A stretch of DNA of 64,000 nucleotides from a virus. The position numbers and the translations under genes were made by a program. The number at the start of each line of letters is the position of its first letter. Position 1 is the stretch's first letter. Shown in pieces: positions 1-9,666 of this stretch. The notes beneath the pieces are model-generated. The model was not told the DNA's origin. It worked only from the letters and a program-made list of their open reading frames with translations, and did not search any database. The DNA lies in IMG/VR virus record IMGVR_UViG_3300008119_000003, positions 32,001-96,000 of that record, one strand, 5' to 3'.

Positions 1-1
1 T

Positions 2-919
2 ATTTGTATAATGATAGTCTGCAATTTTCATTATTTCATCGAGCCTGTCCATCCAGCTATTAAGTGTTACAGTACTAACTTCAAATGCATAACACTGGGT
101 AAGCTTGTCAACCACTATGAAATGAAATTTAATCTTGTAATTACTTAAGCCATAGTTGGCTCTTACTAATCTACAGTACACCGCAGCTTGTAACCAGTAC
201 TTGTAGTACTCTATGGTCTCTGGGAAATCTTGTAGCAGTTTTCCGCTGGTCTTGAGATCATTAATATAAATCACTTTGTTAGTATGATCAATGTTAACGT
301 TATCTACAATACCTCTAAGACCAAAATCATACTGTGTATCCATTACAAATGGTACCTCGCTCATACTAAAGGAACCCCCTATATTGAGCAAGCCTGTAAT
401 TTTCTCATTAGATCTTACGATCTCAGCATAACCTTTTACTTTGTTCAGGGTTTCTTCGTCTATAACAGCCTTGTCACCCTTTGTAGTTAAGAAGTTATAG
501 TAACTTATACTTGCGTCAGTTATTACTTTCTCAACTCTTTGTGCATCAGTCTTGAGACTCTGATACAGATTGATCTCCTTTAGTATATCAAGAATATCAA
601 ACTCATTCTCCTCCAAAGATAAGTCAGTATGTCCTTTAACCAAAGCTCTTATGAATACTTTGTCAACAACATTCTTAATGCTATCGCCCGGCAGGTTTAC
701 CGGAGACACCACATACTTCTCATGGAACTTATCCTCCTCTAAAAGAAGACAGTGAAGCAAGCTACCTTCAATCAGGTGCTGCTCCATCTTATCTTCTCTT
801 TGGTTCAGGATATAGTGTTTATAAAATGCACTTGGGGCAAACAATAACTTGTTAAACCCGGAGTAACTAAAGTGAAACTTCTTGCTGTAGAAGTTCTCCT
901 CCGCTTGGAAATCTATCAT
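2..919 (-). CDS. PD-(D/E)XK exonuclease (RecE/ExoVIII-like), 3' end outside the window
   Basis: Not in the ORF track; manual translation from ATG 919 gives MIDFQAEENFYSKKFHFSYSGFNKLL...EGSLLHCLLLE...RGIVDNV...INDLKTS...YWLQAAVY, with D...DLKT and QxxxY nuclease motifs; open to the window edge. Confidence 0.8.
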   Translation of the reverse strand, partial: MIDFQAEENFYSKKFHFSYSGFNKLLFAPSAFYKHYILNQREDKMEQHLIEGSLLHCLLLEEDKFHEKYVVSPVNLPGDSIKNVVDKVFIRALVKGHTDLSLEENEFDILDILKEINLYQSLKTDAQRVEKVITDASISYYNFLTTKGDKAVIDEETLNKVKGYAEIVRSNEKITGLLNIGGSFSMSEVPFVMDTQYDFGLRGIVDNVNIDHTNKVIYINDLKTSGKLLQDFPETIEYYKYWLQAAVYCRLVRANYGLSNYKIKFHFIVVDKLTQCYAFEVSTVTLNSWMDRLDEIMKIADYHYTN

Positions 920-1997
920 TTTGTTTATTTAAAAGTTTATCTACCTTGGCTTGCATATCTGGTGTTAATCTAACATCTACAACTTCATAGTTATTACTAC
1001 CTGTATAAGAGTTACTTAATACACTAGCCTTAATAGTATCCAATAACTCTTGAGTCAGTAACTTCTTCTCTATAGATACATTTAGGATGGCATCTTTATC
1101 CCAGCGGTACTTGTTATAACCAAGCCAATTAAGTAAAGACTTAAAGCCTACAGTGTTTCTATACTTGTGGTTATAGATATGGTTTCTACCAAATTCCTCA
1201 AGAAGTAATGCCAGATAGACAAAGCTTTTCTCATAGTTACAACCGGCCATAATGGTCATAGCAACTAAGTGATTGTCCTTATCCATACTAGTTAGCATAG
1301 TTCTTAAAGATTCAAATGCATCTCTATCAATAACTGTGTCACCAATAAGATTGTTGAATACTTCTTGTGAATAAACATTACTAAGATTTGAACTAGTAAG
1401 TAAGAAGTCATCTATAACAGTTGTTATATAGTCACCATAGTACTCTCCACTTCTAAATGAACTACCATGTAAGATGTTACCGTACATGTTTTTAGTAGGG
1501 TTAATGTAATTAGTTACATAGAATGATGTAATGGTAGGTCTGTCTATAATAACATACTTACCGGTATAAGTGGCTAACCGCGCTACAAGATTATGTACAT
1601 TACCACCAATTCTAAAACCATCGGCAAACGGTTTTACATCAGAAGTTTTTATATAATACAAGTGCTTTGTATCTAGACCTGCGTCTATAGAATCTAGACC
1701 TGCAATAATAATATCTGCAGTATCTCTATCTCTAACAGTCTTGATCTTCTTCTCCTCCAAGAAAGGCTTGGCCTTATCTCTAGGAATACTGCACTTAGGT
1801 GCAAAGTATATTGTTTTTACATTAGTAAGATCTAGTTTCTTATCAGCAGTTGCCTGCTTAAATACTTTTTCATATTCATTCTCATGCCAGCGGTAATGTA
1901 GAAATTTTCTTTTATCATCCACTAGTACACGACTAGGTATAAGTACTAGCTCATTATTACTTACAGTAAGTGTTAGTTGTTCTTGTATCATAATCAA
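867..1997 (-). CDS. Hypothetical protein with BRCT-like segment and conserved helical domain; paralogue of 1994-3106
   Basis: 376 aa; IYFAPKCSIPRDKAKPFLEEKKIKTVRDRDTADIIIAG resembles a BRCT pattern; IDRDAFESLRTMLTSMDKDNHLVAMTIMAGCNYEKS is shared with neighbouring genes. Confidence 0.6.
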   Translation of the reverse strand: MIMIQEQLTLTVSNNELVLIPSRVLVDDKRKFLHYRWHENEYEKVFKQATADKKLDLTNVKTIYFAPKCSIPRDKAKPFLEEKKIKTVRDRDTADIIIAGLDSIDAGLDTKHLYYIKTSDVKPFADGFRIGGNVHNLVARLATYTGKYVIIDRPTITSFYVTNYINPTKNMYGNILHGSSFRSGEYYGDYITTVIDDFLLTSSNLSNVYSQEVFNNLIGDTVIDRDAFESLRTMLTSMDKDNHLVAMTIMAGCNYEKSFVYLALLLEEFGRNHIYNHKYRNTVGFKSLLNWLGYNKYRWDKDAILNVSIEKKLLTQELLDTIKASVLSNSYTGSNNYEVVDVRLTPDMQAKVDKLLNKQNDRFPSGGELLQQEVSL

Positions 1998-3106
1998 AAT
2001 GGTATTGAGGTCTCAGGTTTAGGATCCTCTTTAGGTTTATTTTCCTCCATAAACTCTTGATAAGTCTTGGTCCAGGAAGGTGTAAGTTTTACAAACTTTC
2101 TTGCATCATCAGGCATGTTGTCTTTAACATGATCTTCAATAGTATCCATGATAAGATTATCATATATCTCCTCAGTTAACCAACCTTTCTTTAAGAATAG
2201 TTTTATAGCTGCAGGATAACTAGTATATCTAAGACTGGTAAAGTCTAACTTATCATTCATGATTTTAACATTAGCATTGCTCATAGCATTAGTCACCTGA
2301 TAATAATCTTCTTTAAGAAGCTTATAGATGTAATACATAGAGGTCTCATAGTTACAATTGAATACCATTTCTGCAGCTACCGCACGATTCTCCATATCAG
2401 AGTTAAACATGGTAGTCAAAGTTTGATATATAGAATCATCTATGGTAACACGCTCTATAGAATTGAAGACTAGGTCCTCATCTATAACAGGTGTCTTCAT
2501 AGATAGGATACGGTATAACATCTCTACAGTTCTTGGATGCAGAAAATTAAATTCAGTCTCCATATTATTTAAAGGTGACCAAGAATCATAATAGCGGTAG
2601 TATGCTTTAGAGAATACCATATAGTCCTCAGTATCCATTATAGTATTGAAGACACCACCTTTTAGTTTTATCTTCTCCCTACTAAAGTTATCGGACATGT
2701 TATATAGTAATACAGAACAATCCTTAGCTATAAGATTATTAGGAACTTGTTGATCCGCATTACCACTACTCATATTCTTACCGTGACCGATAAAGAAATC
2801 TGCTTTAGACGCATCATTAGTAATAGTCCAGTTATTTAGACGAGCAATATCTCTCAACTGAGCAATACTATATTTACAACCGGGTATCACGTACCCTTTA
2901 GATTTAGCAGGAAGAGAAACTAATGCACCCCCCTTGAGGAGTGCATTAATCTTTTCTACTGAATCATCATCTACAGTATACAGCCATGTATGAGGAAGTG
3001 CTTTATGCTTCTTATCCACACTGGCATATCTTACCTTTCCTTTAATAAATGGTAACTGCTTCAGCATAGTGTCTGTAACATTACCGAGATTCAAATCCAT
3101 TTTCAT
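1994..3106 (-). CDS. Hypothetical protein with BRCT-like segment; paralogue of 867-1997
   Basis: 370 aa; GYVIPGCKYSIAQLRDIARLNNWTITNDASKADFFIG and IDDSIYQTLTTMFNSDMENRAVAAEMVFNCNYETS. Confidence 0.6.
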   Translation of the reverse strand: MKMDLNLGNVTDTMLKQLPFIKGKVRYASVDKKHKALPHTWLYTVDDDSVEKINALLKGGALVSLPAKSKGYVIPGCKYSIAQLRDIARLNNWTITNDASKADFFIGHGKNMSSGNADQQVPNNLIAKDCSVLLYNMSDNFSREKIKLKGGVFNTIMDTEDYMVFSKAYYRYYDSWSPLNNMETEFNFLHPRTVEMLYRILSMKTPVIDEDLVFNSIERVTIDDSIYQTLTTMFNSDMENRAVAAEMVFNCNYETSMYYIYKLLKEDYYQVTNAMSNANVKIMNDKLDFTSLRYTSYPAAIKLFLKKGWLTEEIYDNLIMDTIEDHVKDNMPDDARKFVKLTPSWTKTYQEFMEENKPKEDPKPETSIPF

Positions 3107-3288
3107 CTTTTAATTTTTGCGTATGTAACAGGATGTATTTCTACTAAACTAAATTGAACTCGCTTACCTATTTCACTATCTCCCCTGTAATCCATAATCA
3201 TTACATCATCAGGGTATATGGGGTACGCGCTCATTTCCGAGCTGCGCACCATCCATTTGTCATCTATAATTTCTAGGTAACCTACCAT
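3103..3288 (-). CDS. Small hypothetical protein
   Basis: 61 aa; overlaps both neighbouring genes at start and stop codons. Confidence 0.6.
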   Translation of the reverse strand: MVGYLEIIDDKWMVRSSEMSAYPIYPDDVMIMDYRGDSEIGKRVQFSLVEIHPVTYAKIKR

Positions 3289-4478
3289 TACTTAACTGCG
3301 ATAGCAGCGATGTTAGCGTTTAACATTAACTTGGTAAACTTCTTACTTCCATTAAGGATACCCTTGATAAGAGCATACTTCAAGTCATTAGTGAAGATGT
3401 CCTTATCAGTGATGAAGTTAGTAACACGGTCAATGATCTTCTGATCTACAGTATTATCTGTGCTATAGTGAACCGCATAGTTAGTAAAGCGCAATGCTAG
3501 AATACTAGCGATGTCTGCACGATATGCATCATCCTTACCAACACAGTTATTCATCTGACCTTTAACATACTCCCAGCTATTGTTAGTCAACATATCCTTA
3601 GGAGTAATTAACTTATCTAACTTGTTGTTAATGAACGTGGTAAACAGAGTAGCAAACTCGCTACCTACACTACCCTCACCAATCATTTGAATAAGCGGTA
3701 AGTTCTGCTCAAAATTCTCTATGCTAGAGATACTGTTAAAGAAGGTAGTAATACTACGAGCATTAGTAGTCTGCGTAACTAACTCCGGATGCATCAACAA
3801 GAAGTTAATACAACGAGAGTCAATGTTATTCTGCTCTGCCCAACGAGCCCAGCAGTCTACATCAAACTTTAAGTAAGCCGTAATAAATCTGGTCTTCTGC
3901 GCAGCATCCATAGATGTTACTTGATAGTCACCATTATCTGGATTACTAGTCAATACAATATGCCAGTTCTTTGGCAGCTCCCATGAGATATACTTCTGAC
4001 GGTCAATCAATTCCATCGCCGCTTGTGTAAATCTTTGGTCAGCACGACTATAGTCATCGAGGATTAAGATACCACCTTGCTCCTTACCTTGGATCCATTC
4101 CGGAGTGGCATAACCCATACGCTTCTCTCCGCTTGGAACATACTTATTCTGAATATACATAGGCATGATGTTCTCAGGTACCCACTTGGCTACCTTCTTG
4201 CCATCATCCGTAGTCTTAATTACTTCGAATTCCTTAATAGGAAAACCTGTAAGGTCACCTAGCTCCTCGATCTGAGCAAGATTTAACTTAACTACATCTA
4301 GTCCTAGCTCTTTACCAATCTGCAAAATAGTGGTGGTCTTACCGATACCGGCCTCACCCTCGATATTCACTGCTACAGGAATCTTTCCGTCAGCTTGAAT
4401 ATGTTGATTATTCTTTACAATGTGACCGATAAAGGTCTTCAACTCGTCTGTGTTTAAGTTAACTTGATTTGCGCTCAT
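3288..4478 (-). CDS. MoxR-like AAA+ ATPase
   Basis: Walker A GEAGIGKT, Walker B ILILDDYSR, sensor LTSNP, Arg finger MDAAQKTRF. Confidence 0.85.
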   Translation of the reverse strand: MSANQVNLNTDELKTFIGHIVKNNQHIQADGKIPVAVNIEGEAGIGKTTTILQIGKELGLDVVKLNLAQIEELGDLTGFPIKEFEVIKTTDDGKKVAKWVPENIMPMYIQNKYVPSGEKRMGYATPEWIQGKEQGGILILDDYSRADQRFTQAAMELIDRQKYISWELPKNWHIVLTSNPDNGDYQVTSMDAAQKTRFITAYLKFDVDCWARWAEQNNIDSRCINFLLMHPELVTQTTNARSITTFFNSISSIENFEQNLPLIQMIGEGSVGSEFATLFTTFINNKLDKLITPKDMLTNNSWEYVKGQMNNCVGKDDAYRADIASILALRFTNYAVHYSTDNTVDQKIIDRVTNFITDKDIFTNDLKYALIKGILNGSKKFTKLMLNANIAAIAVK

Positions 4479-4483
4479 AATAC

Positions 4484-5677
4484 TTAGTTTAATTTAATTT
4501 GTGGACCAGGTAGGTCTTCGTTTATATTTCCACGGGTAGAGATTACCCACAACATTTTGCCTCTTGGCTTTACAGTACAATCACATTCTCCATCTGTTAA
4601 GTATATCAAACAAGTATACTTATCTTGGTTTTCATTATACAATTCTAATACAGGATCAAAATAAGTACCGCCGCGACCATGTATCTCAATCTTATCTCCA
4701 GCCTTGTATGGCCCGATATGACGGATACGAGTATCACACTGTACAATAGTTATCTCTGCACCTGTCTTATTAATATGATCAATCTCATGGAAGAACTCTT
4801 GTACTTCCTTATCACTAACGGAACCGCTAGTATCTACAGCAACTAAGATGTGCTTACGGAATTTAATCTTAAGACCAGGGTTATCCTCGAATCTTTTATT
4901 AAACTTACGTCTCAACTTCTTAGTAAATACTTTCTGACTACCTCCAGTAAACCTTCTAAGATATGCTTTCCAGTCAAACTTAGGCGGCTCACTACTGTTA
5001 AGCTTGTCTAGTAAACCCTTGAGTTCTCCAGGTATATGACCTCTAGACTTTGATACTTGTTCTGCAATCTCCTTAAGCTGATGCTCTACTTGCTTTTGTA
5101 TAAGCTTCTGTTCAGCTTCACTTAAGTCTTTGAAATCATCCCATGTACTGTGATCAGGAACAAGATTACCATTCTCGTCAATCTTTAATCCCATAGCTGA
5201 AGCTTTCATCATCTGCTCAAAAGGACTATTACCATTTCCGTTATTCAACTGCTGTTGTAGTAGATTATAATACTCTCTACAGCCGGCCTTAACAGGAAGA
5301 TTCATAGGAGCAAACATCTCATTATCGATAGTACATCCGCCGTCAGGAAGATACTGCTTATCGATATACTGATTAATCTCCAAGTCCATAGCTATGTTAG
5401 CTAACTTAGGGTCTGGGAAATCAGTATGTATAGTAAGATGAAAGAACGCTATATGTAACAGCTCGTGCTTCAACAAACCTATATGATGCTCCGGGCTCAA
5501 GCTTTCCCAAAACTCCTCGTTGATCATCAACTGAAAGTTTATATTATGCTTGCATACACCTGCCGTAGGAACTCTATTACTCCACAGCTTGTTTAACCCA
5601 ATGAGAAAGAGCCCGTAAAAAGGCTCCTTCAACATTAGTTCTTTGCTAGCCTTAGCTAGACTATCTTGTTTTGTCAT
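4484..5677 (-). CDS. Metallopeptidase-like (HExxH) plus C-terminal vWA protein (DUF2201-like), MoxR partner
   Basis: HELLH, NIAMDLEINQ, MIDAS VDTSGS, GRGGT and YLTDG motifs. Confidence 0.85.
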   Translation of the reverse strand: MTKQDSLAKASKELMLKEPFYGLFLIGLNKLWSNRVPTAGVCKHNINFQLMINEEFWESLSPEHHIGLLKHELLHIAFFHLTIHTDFPDPKLANIAMDLEINQYIDKQYLPDGGCTIDNEMFAPMNLPVKAGCREYYNLLQQQLNNGNGNSPFEQMMKASAMGLKIDENGNLVPDHSTWDDFKDLSEAEQKLIQKQVEHQLKEIAEQVSKSRGHIPGELKGLLDKLNSSEPPKFDWKAYLRRFTGGSQKVFTKKLRRKFNKRFEDNPGLKIKFRKHILVAVDTSGSVSDKEVQEFFHEIDHINKTGAEITIVQCDTRIRHIGPYKAGDKIEIHGRGGTYFDPVLELYNENQDKYTCLIYLTDGECDCTVKPRGKMLWVISTRGNINEDLPGPQIKLN

Positions 5678-6114
5678 TTACCTTTAGGTATTAATGTTAG
5701 TTGATACTTCTCCATAAACGTAAAACCAGCAGTTTCTAATTGCTTTCCTAACTCTTCTGCAAATCTGTTAATAAAGAATGCCATAGCTACAGGATCAACA
5801 TTCACATTTTTGTGAATTACTTCATACATGCTATTCCAAGTAAGGACACTGTTATAATCTAAACCAGTAAGTTCCTTTAACTTTACTACAGTATCTGAAT
5901 CAAGATTTAGATTCTTATGTCCTGCTTCTTTACATAACATAAGTATGTAGGGTAAATTAGCTTGTAGATCTGAGGACTCAATAAGATTCTTAACCACAAT
6001 GTGGTTCTCTTTATCTACAGACTTAGCCATTGACAACAGGTTCTTATATGTTGTCTCATCAAGTTTAAATACTTCTCCCATTAGTCTTCTATTTTTAATG
6101 TTTTTAACATCCAT
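5674..6114 (-). CDS. Hypothetical protein carrying the helical domain shared with 867-1997 and 1994-3106
   Basis: LDETTYKNLLSMAKSVDKENHIVVKNLIESSD; probable start is the ATG at 6081 (MGEVFKLD). Confidence 0.65.
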   Translation of the reverse strand: MDVKNIKNRRLMGEVFKLDETTYKNLLSMAKSVDKENHIVVKNLIESSDLQANLPYILMLCKEAGHKNLNLDSDTVVKLKELTGLDYNSVLTWNSMYEVIHKNVNVDPVAMAFFINRFAEELGKQLETAGFTFMEKYQLTLIPKGK

Positions 6115-6422
6115 ATCGGAGGGTTATTCATATTAGTGATCCACTCCTTTGCACTTGGTAGATAACCATTGCAATCTTCTTTTACATGTTGCTCGCCTAC
6201 ATAGCGAGTCATAACTTTTTTACCTACCGAGTTAACAAAGAAGGGCCCGAAGACCCTTTCACATTCAAAGATACCTTCACTATGATGCCTAAATAATCTA
6301 TGCATACTATGACCATACCAGGCCTTAGTAGCATCAAACCATTCATGAATGTGCATGTACTCCTCAGGCTCACCGCCCCACTTCTTAGCAGAGCTGCGAG
6401 CATGATCATATGGATGCGCCAT
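6081..6422 (-). CDS. His-rich conserved phage protein (DUF6915-like)
   Basis: MAHPYDHARSSAKKWGG...IHEWFD...HRLFRHHSEGIF...EQHVKED pattern. Confidence 0.7.
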   Translation of the reverse strand: MAHPYDHARSSAKKWGGEPEEYMHIHEWFDATKAWYGHSMHRLFRHHSEGIFECERVFGPFFVNSVGKKVMTRYVGEQHVKEDCNGYLPSAKEWITNMNNPPIWMLKTLKIED

Positions 6423-6805
6423 TATTCTCCCCAGTCTATATCTACAATATTAACCGAATCGTAAGCATCAGTAACAGATCTTACATAACCGTCAATAAGT
6501 ATTACAGGCTCATCTACAAGCTCAATAGTTATAGTTCCATAACCACCATCATTATTATACCAATCCCAGTTGTAATGCTGTTCAAGTATATGAGTAGCTA
6601 GATCTTGTAGATCTCCTTCAAACTTATCATTAAGGTCAGAGCTATCTATATTATCTCCATAAAATTCTACATCTTCCACCTGGCCAGAGTCTCCTCCGCC
6701 ATCATATCTAATCTCTACATTAGTTACACCAGCATCTTTTAATGCTGCAAATAAGGTTGCTGTTTTTAAGCTTGCCATATTACTTTTGTTTATAAAACCT
6801 ACCAA
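6422..6805 (-). CDS. Conserved acidic phage protein (DUF6878-like)
   Basis: YDGGGDSGQVE and WYNNDGGYGTI motifs. Confidence 0.65.
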   Translation of the reverse strand: MVGFINKSNMASLKTATLFAALKDAGVTNVEIRYDGGGDSGQVEDVEFYGDNIDSSDLNDKFEGDLQDLATHILEQHYNWDWYNNDGGYGTITIELVDEPVILIDGYVRSVTDAYDSVNIVDIDWGE

Positions 6806-7199
6806 GTATGTTTGCGTTTAACCAGAAGTCTTTCTCCAGTACCTCACACATAAATTGGTATTTAACTTCTTGATAAGAGAGCTCTGTCTTAGAGTAGCAT
6901 ATCTTTAGGATAGTCCTTTTGATTTGTACCCCAGCTTTATGAGCTGCCTTAAGTTTCTCATTACTGCTATAGTAATTTTGATATACAATTTTTCTTACAC
7001 GCTTGTAAGTCCTCTTGCGTCTATCTGTAGACAATGCCTTCTTAGAAAGCTTGGTCTTAACATCCGCATAGAAGTTCTTCTTGCCAATGTAGGACTTGCG
7101 TTCACCATCTATGATAACATCCATCTGGTATACAAATCCTACAGCACCATCAGGAATCATATCCTCGGTGAATTCTTTATGCTGGTAGATCCAACTCAT
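6780..7199 (-). CDS. GIY-YIG family endonuclease (T4 EndoII-like)
   Basis: GFVY...SYIGKK, YYSS, E-x-K-YQ and C-terminal NANILGRF. Confidence 0.75.
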   Translation of the reverse strand: MSWIYQHKEFTEDMIPDGAVGFVYQMDVIIDGERKSYIGKKNFYADVKTKLSKKALSTDRRKRTYKRVRKIVYQNYYSSNEKLKAAHKAGVQIKRTILKICYSKTELSYQEVKYQFMCEVLEKDFWLNANILGRFYKQK

Positions 7200-8173
7200 T
7201 TCTTTAATGCTTCTTTTAATAAGGGGTGTAAGAATGTTCTTACCTTTTCTCTACCATATACTTTAACAGAGTCTGACAAATCCTTCTCGAGTTTCAGATG
7301 TATCCCCGGAAAACCAAAGTTATCCTTATACTTCTTCATCGCTTTTATACCGGCCTCATCATTATCAAATAGAGTACAGATAGATTTATATCTAACCTTG
7401 TATATATCTATTACCTCTTGACGGATTGCTGTATTCTCACTGTCTGGTGCTACAACTTCTAGATTGTAACCAAACTTCTTGAGACACATTGCATCCTTAA
7501 GAGAACTGCAGATAACAAGATTAGGTACGTCAAACTTTAATTGGTCGGTACCCTGTACATAATTTTTTACCTTCAGAAACTTATGCTCCTTTACCTTAGG
7601 CTGATAGACCTTATAGATCTGTCCGTCCGCCCTAGTATAACCATATATATAATTACCTTTAATAGTAAGTTCATCTACAATTCCGTCGTCATCTTTCTCC
7701 ATCTTGTAGAATTCTAATGGCAATACATTATATTCAGTAAGAGTATCGGAATCTATTCCATACCTTGACCAGAACTCGGCGTCTAAATTATTCCACTGTC
7801 TAGCAGAGTAATCGGATACCTTATAAGATGCTTGTTTCTTGAATGCACTTACGGAATATTCTCCGTCGTTCTTTAATAGGAATTCATTATAGTCTTCAGT
7901 TATCTTTCTTATAGCTTCGTAGTATTCTAGATTAAATATCTTAGATACCAAACTAATATGATTACCACCATTGCCGGTAGAGAAGTCTTTGTATAGATAA
8001 CCCGAAGTGTTATAATAAATACAGAAGCTCGGAGTACGTTCTTCAGGATTGAATAAAGATTTAATCTTTACAGTTTGACCAGTTAACTTCTCATCTAATC
8101 TACAATAATATTCGAATGCCCATACTGTAGGTACATCCGCTATGTCGGATATTAAAAATCTAGTACTAATCAT
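7196..8173 (-). CDS. DNA primase (Toprim)
   Basis: N-terminal SLFNPEERTPSF...YKDFSTG; Toprim motifs SSLKD, APDSE, LFDNDEAG, KDLSD. Confidence 0.85.
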   Translation of the reverse strand: MISTRFLISDIADVPTVWAFEYYCRLDEKLTGQTVKIKSLFNPEERTPSFCIYYNTSGYLYKDFSTGNGGNHISLVSKIFNLEYYEAIRKITEDYNEFLLKNDGEYSVSAFKKQASYKVSDYSARQWNNLDAEFWSRYGIDSDTLTEYNVLPLEFYKMEKDDDGIVDELTIKGNYIYGYTRADGQIYKVYQPKVKEHKFLKVKNYVQGTDQLKFDVPNLVICSSLKDAMCLKKFGYNLEVVAPDSENTAIRQEVIDIYKVRYKSICTLFDNDEAGIKAMKKYKDNFGFPGIHLKLEKDLSDSVKVYGREKVRTFLHPLLKEALKK

Positions 8174-8178
8174 AACGG

Positions 8179-8220
8179 TAAAATTAAGGGGGAATATTCC
8201 TACTCCCCCTAGTAATTTTA
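8179..8220. terminator. Intrinsic terminator-like hairpin
   Basis: AGGGGGA...TCCCCCT stem with TAAAATTA/TAATTTTA flanks. Confidence 0.6.
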
Positions 8221-8221
8221 T

Positions 8222-8914
8222 TTATAATTCAAAGTCGCCAGCTACATTGCTGGTAGTAGGAGTTGCATCTCCAAAAGATTGAACCGTATCGGTCTTGCTC
8301 TTCTTGATATGAACATCAGCATTAAACTTAACTACCTTGCTCAATGCTTCTTCAACATCTGCAGACTCGTAAGCCAAGCCTTCCTTAGACCACTTTGGTA
8401 AATACAAATCGTGGTTAGTATAGCCTTGCTTATTCTGATATTCACGACCTGCTACACAAGCACGTAGATACTTACCAGTAAATGGCTTATCTGCATTAAG
8501 CTGACTTACCAAAGACTCTATAGTATCATGCTTATTATCTTGACTCTCTAACCAAGACTGCATACTCAACGCTTTACAGATGTTGTTAACAGCTTTCAGG
8601 ATCTCGTCATCACGCTTAATAATAATACCTGATTTAGTTTCGCCATCAGCATATGGGAATTCAGAGAAACGAATACGTCCCACCTGACCTTTGTAACGAC
8701 CCTGTGTAGGATCATCCTTGTCAATAAAGAAACCTTCGAAGTCAGCTCCCATGTCAGGACCCTCTACATTAAGGTTCATATTATAAGCTCCCTTCTTGTA
8801 AGGAACTTCGTCTAAGACAATGCTATTAATCTTAAACGTATGGACGCCCGGCGCCAATGTTTTAGGAACAGAGCTACCGCCGCTGTTCGTGTCGATGTTT
8901 TTTGTACTAATCAT
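8222..8914 (-). CDS. Putative ssDNA-binding protein (DUF669-like OB fold)
   Basis: PGVHTFKINSI N-terminus, acidic/hydrophobic C-tail (AGDFEL), position between Sak4-like ATPase and primase. Confidence 0.5.
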   Translation of the reverse strand: MISTKNIDTNSGGSSVPKTLAPGVHTFKINSIVLDEVPYKKGAYNMNLNVEGPDMGADFEGFFIDKDDPTQGRYKGQVGRIRFSEFPYADGETKSGIIIKRDDEILKAVNNICKALSMQSWLESQDNKHDTIESLVSQLNADKPFTGKYLRACVAGREYQNKQGYTNHDLYLPKWSKEGLAYESADVEEALSKVVKFNADVHIKKSKTDTVQSFGDATPTTSNVAGDFEL

Positions 8915-8924
8915 TTTTTAATTA

Positions 8925-9665
8925 TTAATCTATGAATACTTTATCCCAGTTTACTACTACCTCATTATCCACGAGCTCAGAGATTTCAATCTCTTGATTA
9001 CGAAGATGCTCAGGTCTTGCGCCACATGATATCTCATCAGTGGTTTTGAAACTTAATATGTTCTTACTACCTCTACGGAATAGATAACCAATCGCATCTG
9101 AATTAGATGTAGTAATTAGTTTGAGCTTACCTGTCAACGCTAAGTCTAGCGAATTAAAGTTCGACCCGTTCTTCTCCAATAGAGTATCCTTAACGTGACC
9201 TACAAGTATAGTTCTTGGTGCCCAAGTCTTGATGTAATCAATAACTTTTACGAATGCCTCCCTTAACCAGGGATATCCTGCACCATTTGGTAGGTTAAGA
9301 ATGCTACCATATTTAGCCTTCCCTTCGGTTGGCCAACCTTTACCCATCGGAGTCCGCGTGTAAAGTTCTTCAGCATATGGTAAACACATCTCTTCTAATG
9401 CTGTAATAGTATCAATAGCGACATAGCCGTACGGATTCCCTGCATCTTTGATTGCTTTACCAATTGCTTTTATTTCGTCAAGAGATGTTGCCTTCATCTT
9501 AATAGCGTCAACGTAATCGCTACCGCTTTCAAGATCTAAGATTAAACAGTTCTCTAACTGTGAAAGCACGGTTGTTTTACCGGCTTTTGGTTTACTAAAA
9601 ATAACCAGGTTCTTAGGACTTTTGCTAGTCGCAGGAACCTTACTTGTAGGCAACTTAATTTCCAT
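8925..9665 (-). CDS. Sak4-like / AAA_24 P-loop ATPase (recombination, ssDNA annealing)
   Basis: SKPKAGKTT, ILDLESGS, AIDTIT, LVGH and DAIGYL motifs. Confidence 0.8.
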   Translation of the reverse strand: MEIKLPTSKVPATSKSPKNLVIFSKPKAGKTTVLSQLENCLILDLESGSDYVDAIKMKATSLDEIKAIGKAIKDAGNPYGYVAIDTITALEEMCLPYAEELYTRTPMGKGWPTEGKAKYGSILNLPNGAGYPWLREAFVKVIDYIKTWAPRTILVGHVKDTLLEKNGSNFNSLDLALTGKLKLITTSNSDAIGYLFRRGSKNILSFKTTDEISCGARPEHLRNQEIEISELVDNEVVVNWDKVFID

Positions 9666-9666
9666 G

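Noticed and set aside
284-755. Short plus-strand ORFs 284-490 and 570-755, and similar antisense ORFs elsewhere (e.g. 6924-7421, 24507-24890, 45530-46084)
   Set aside because: Shadow ORFs opposite well-supported genes.
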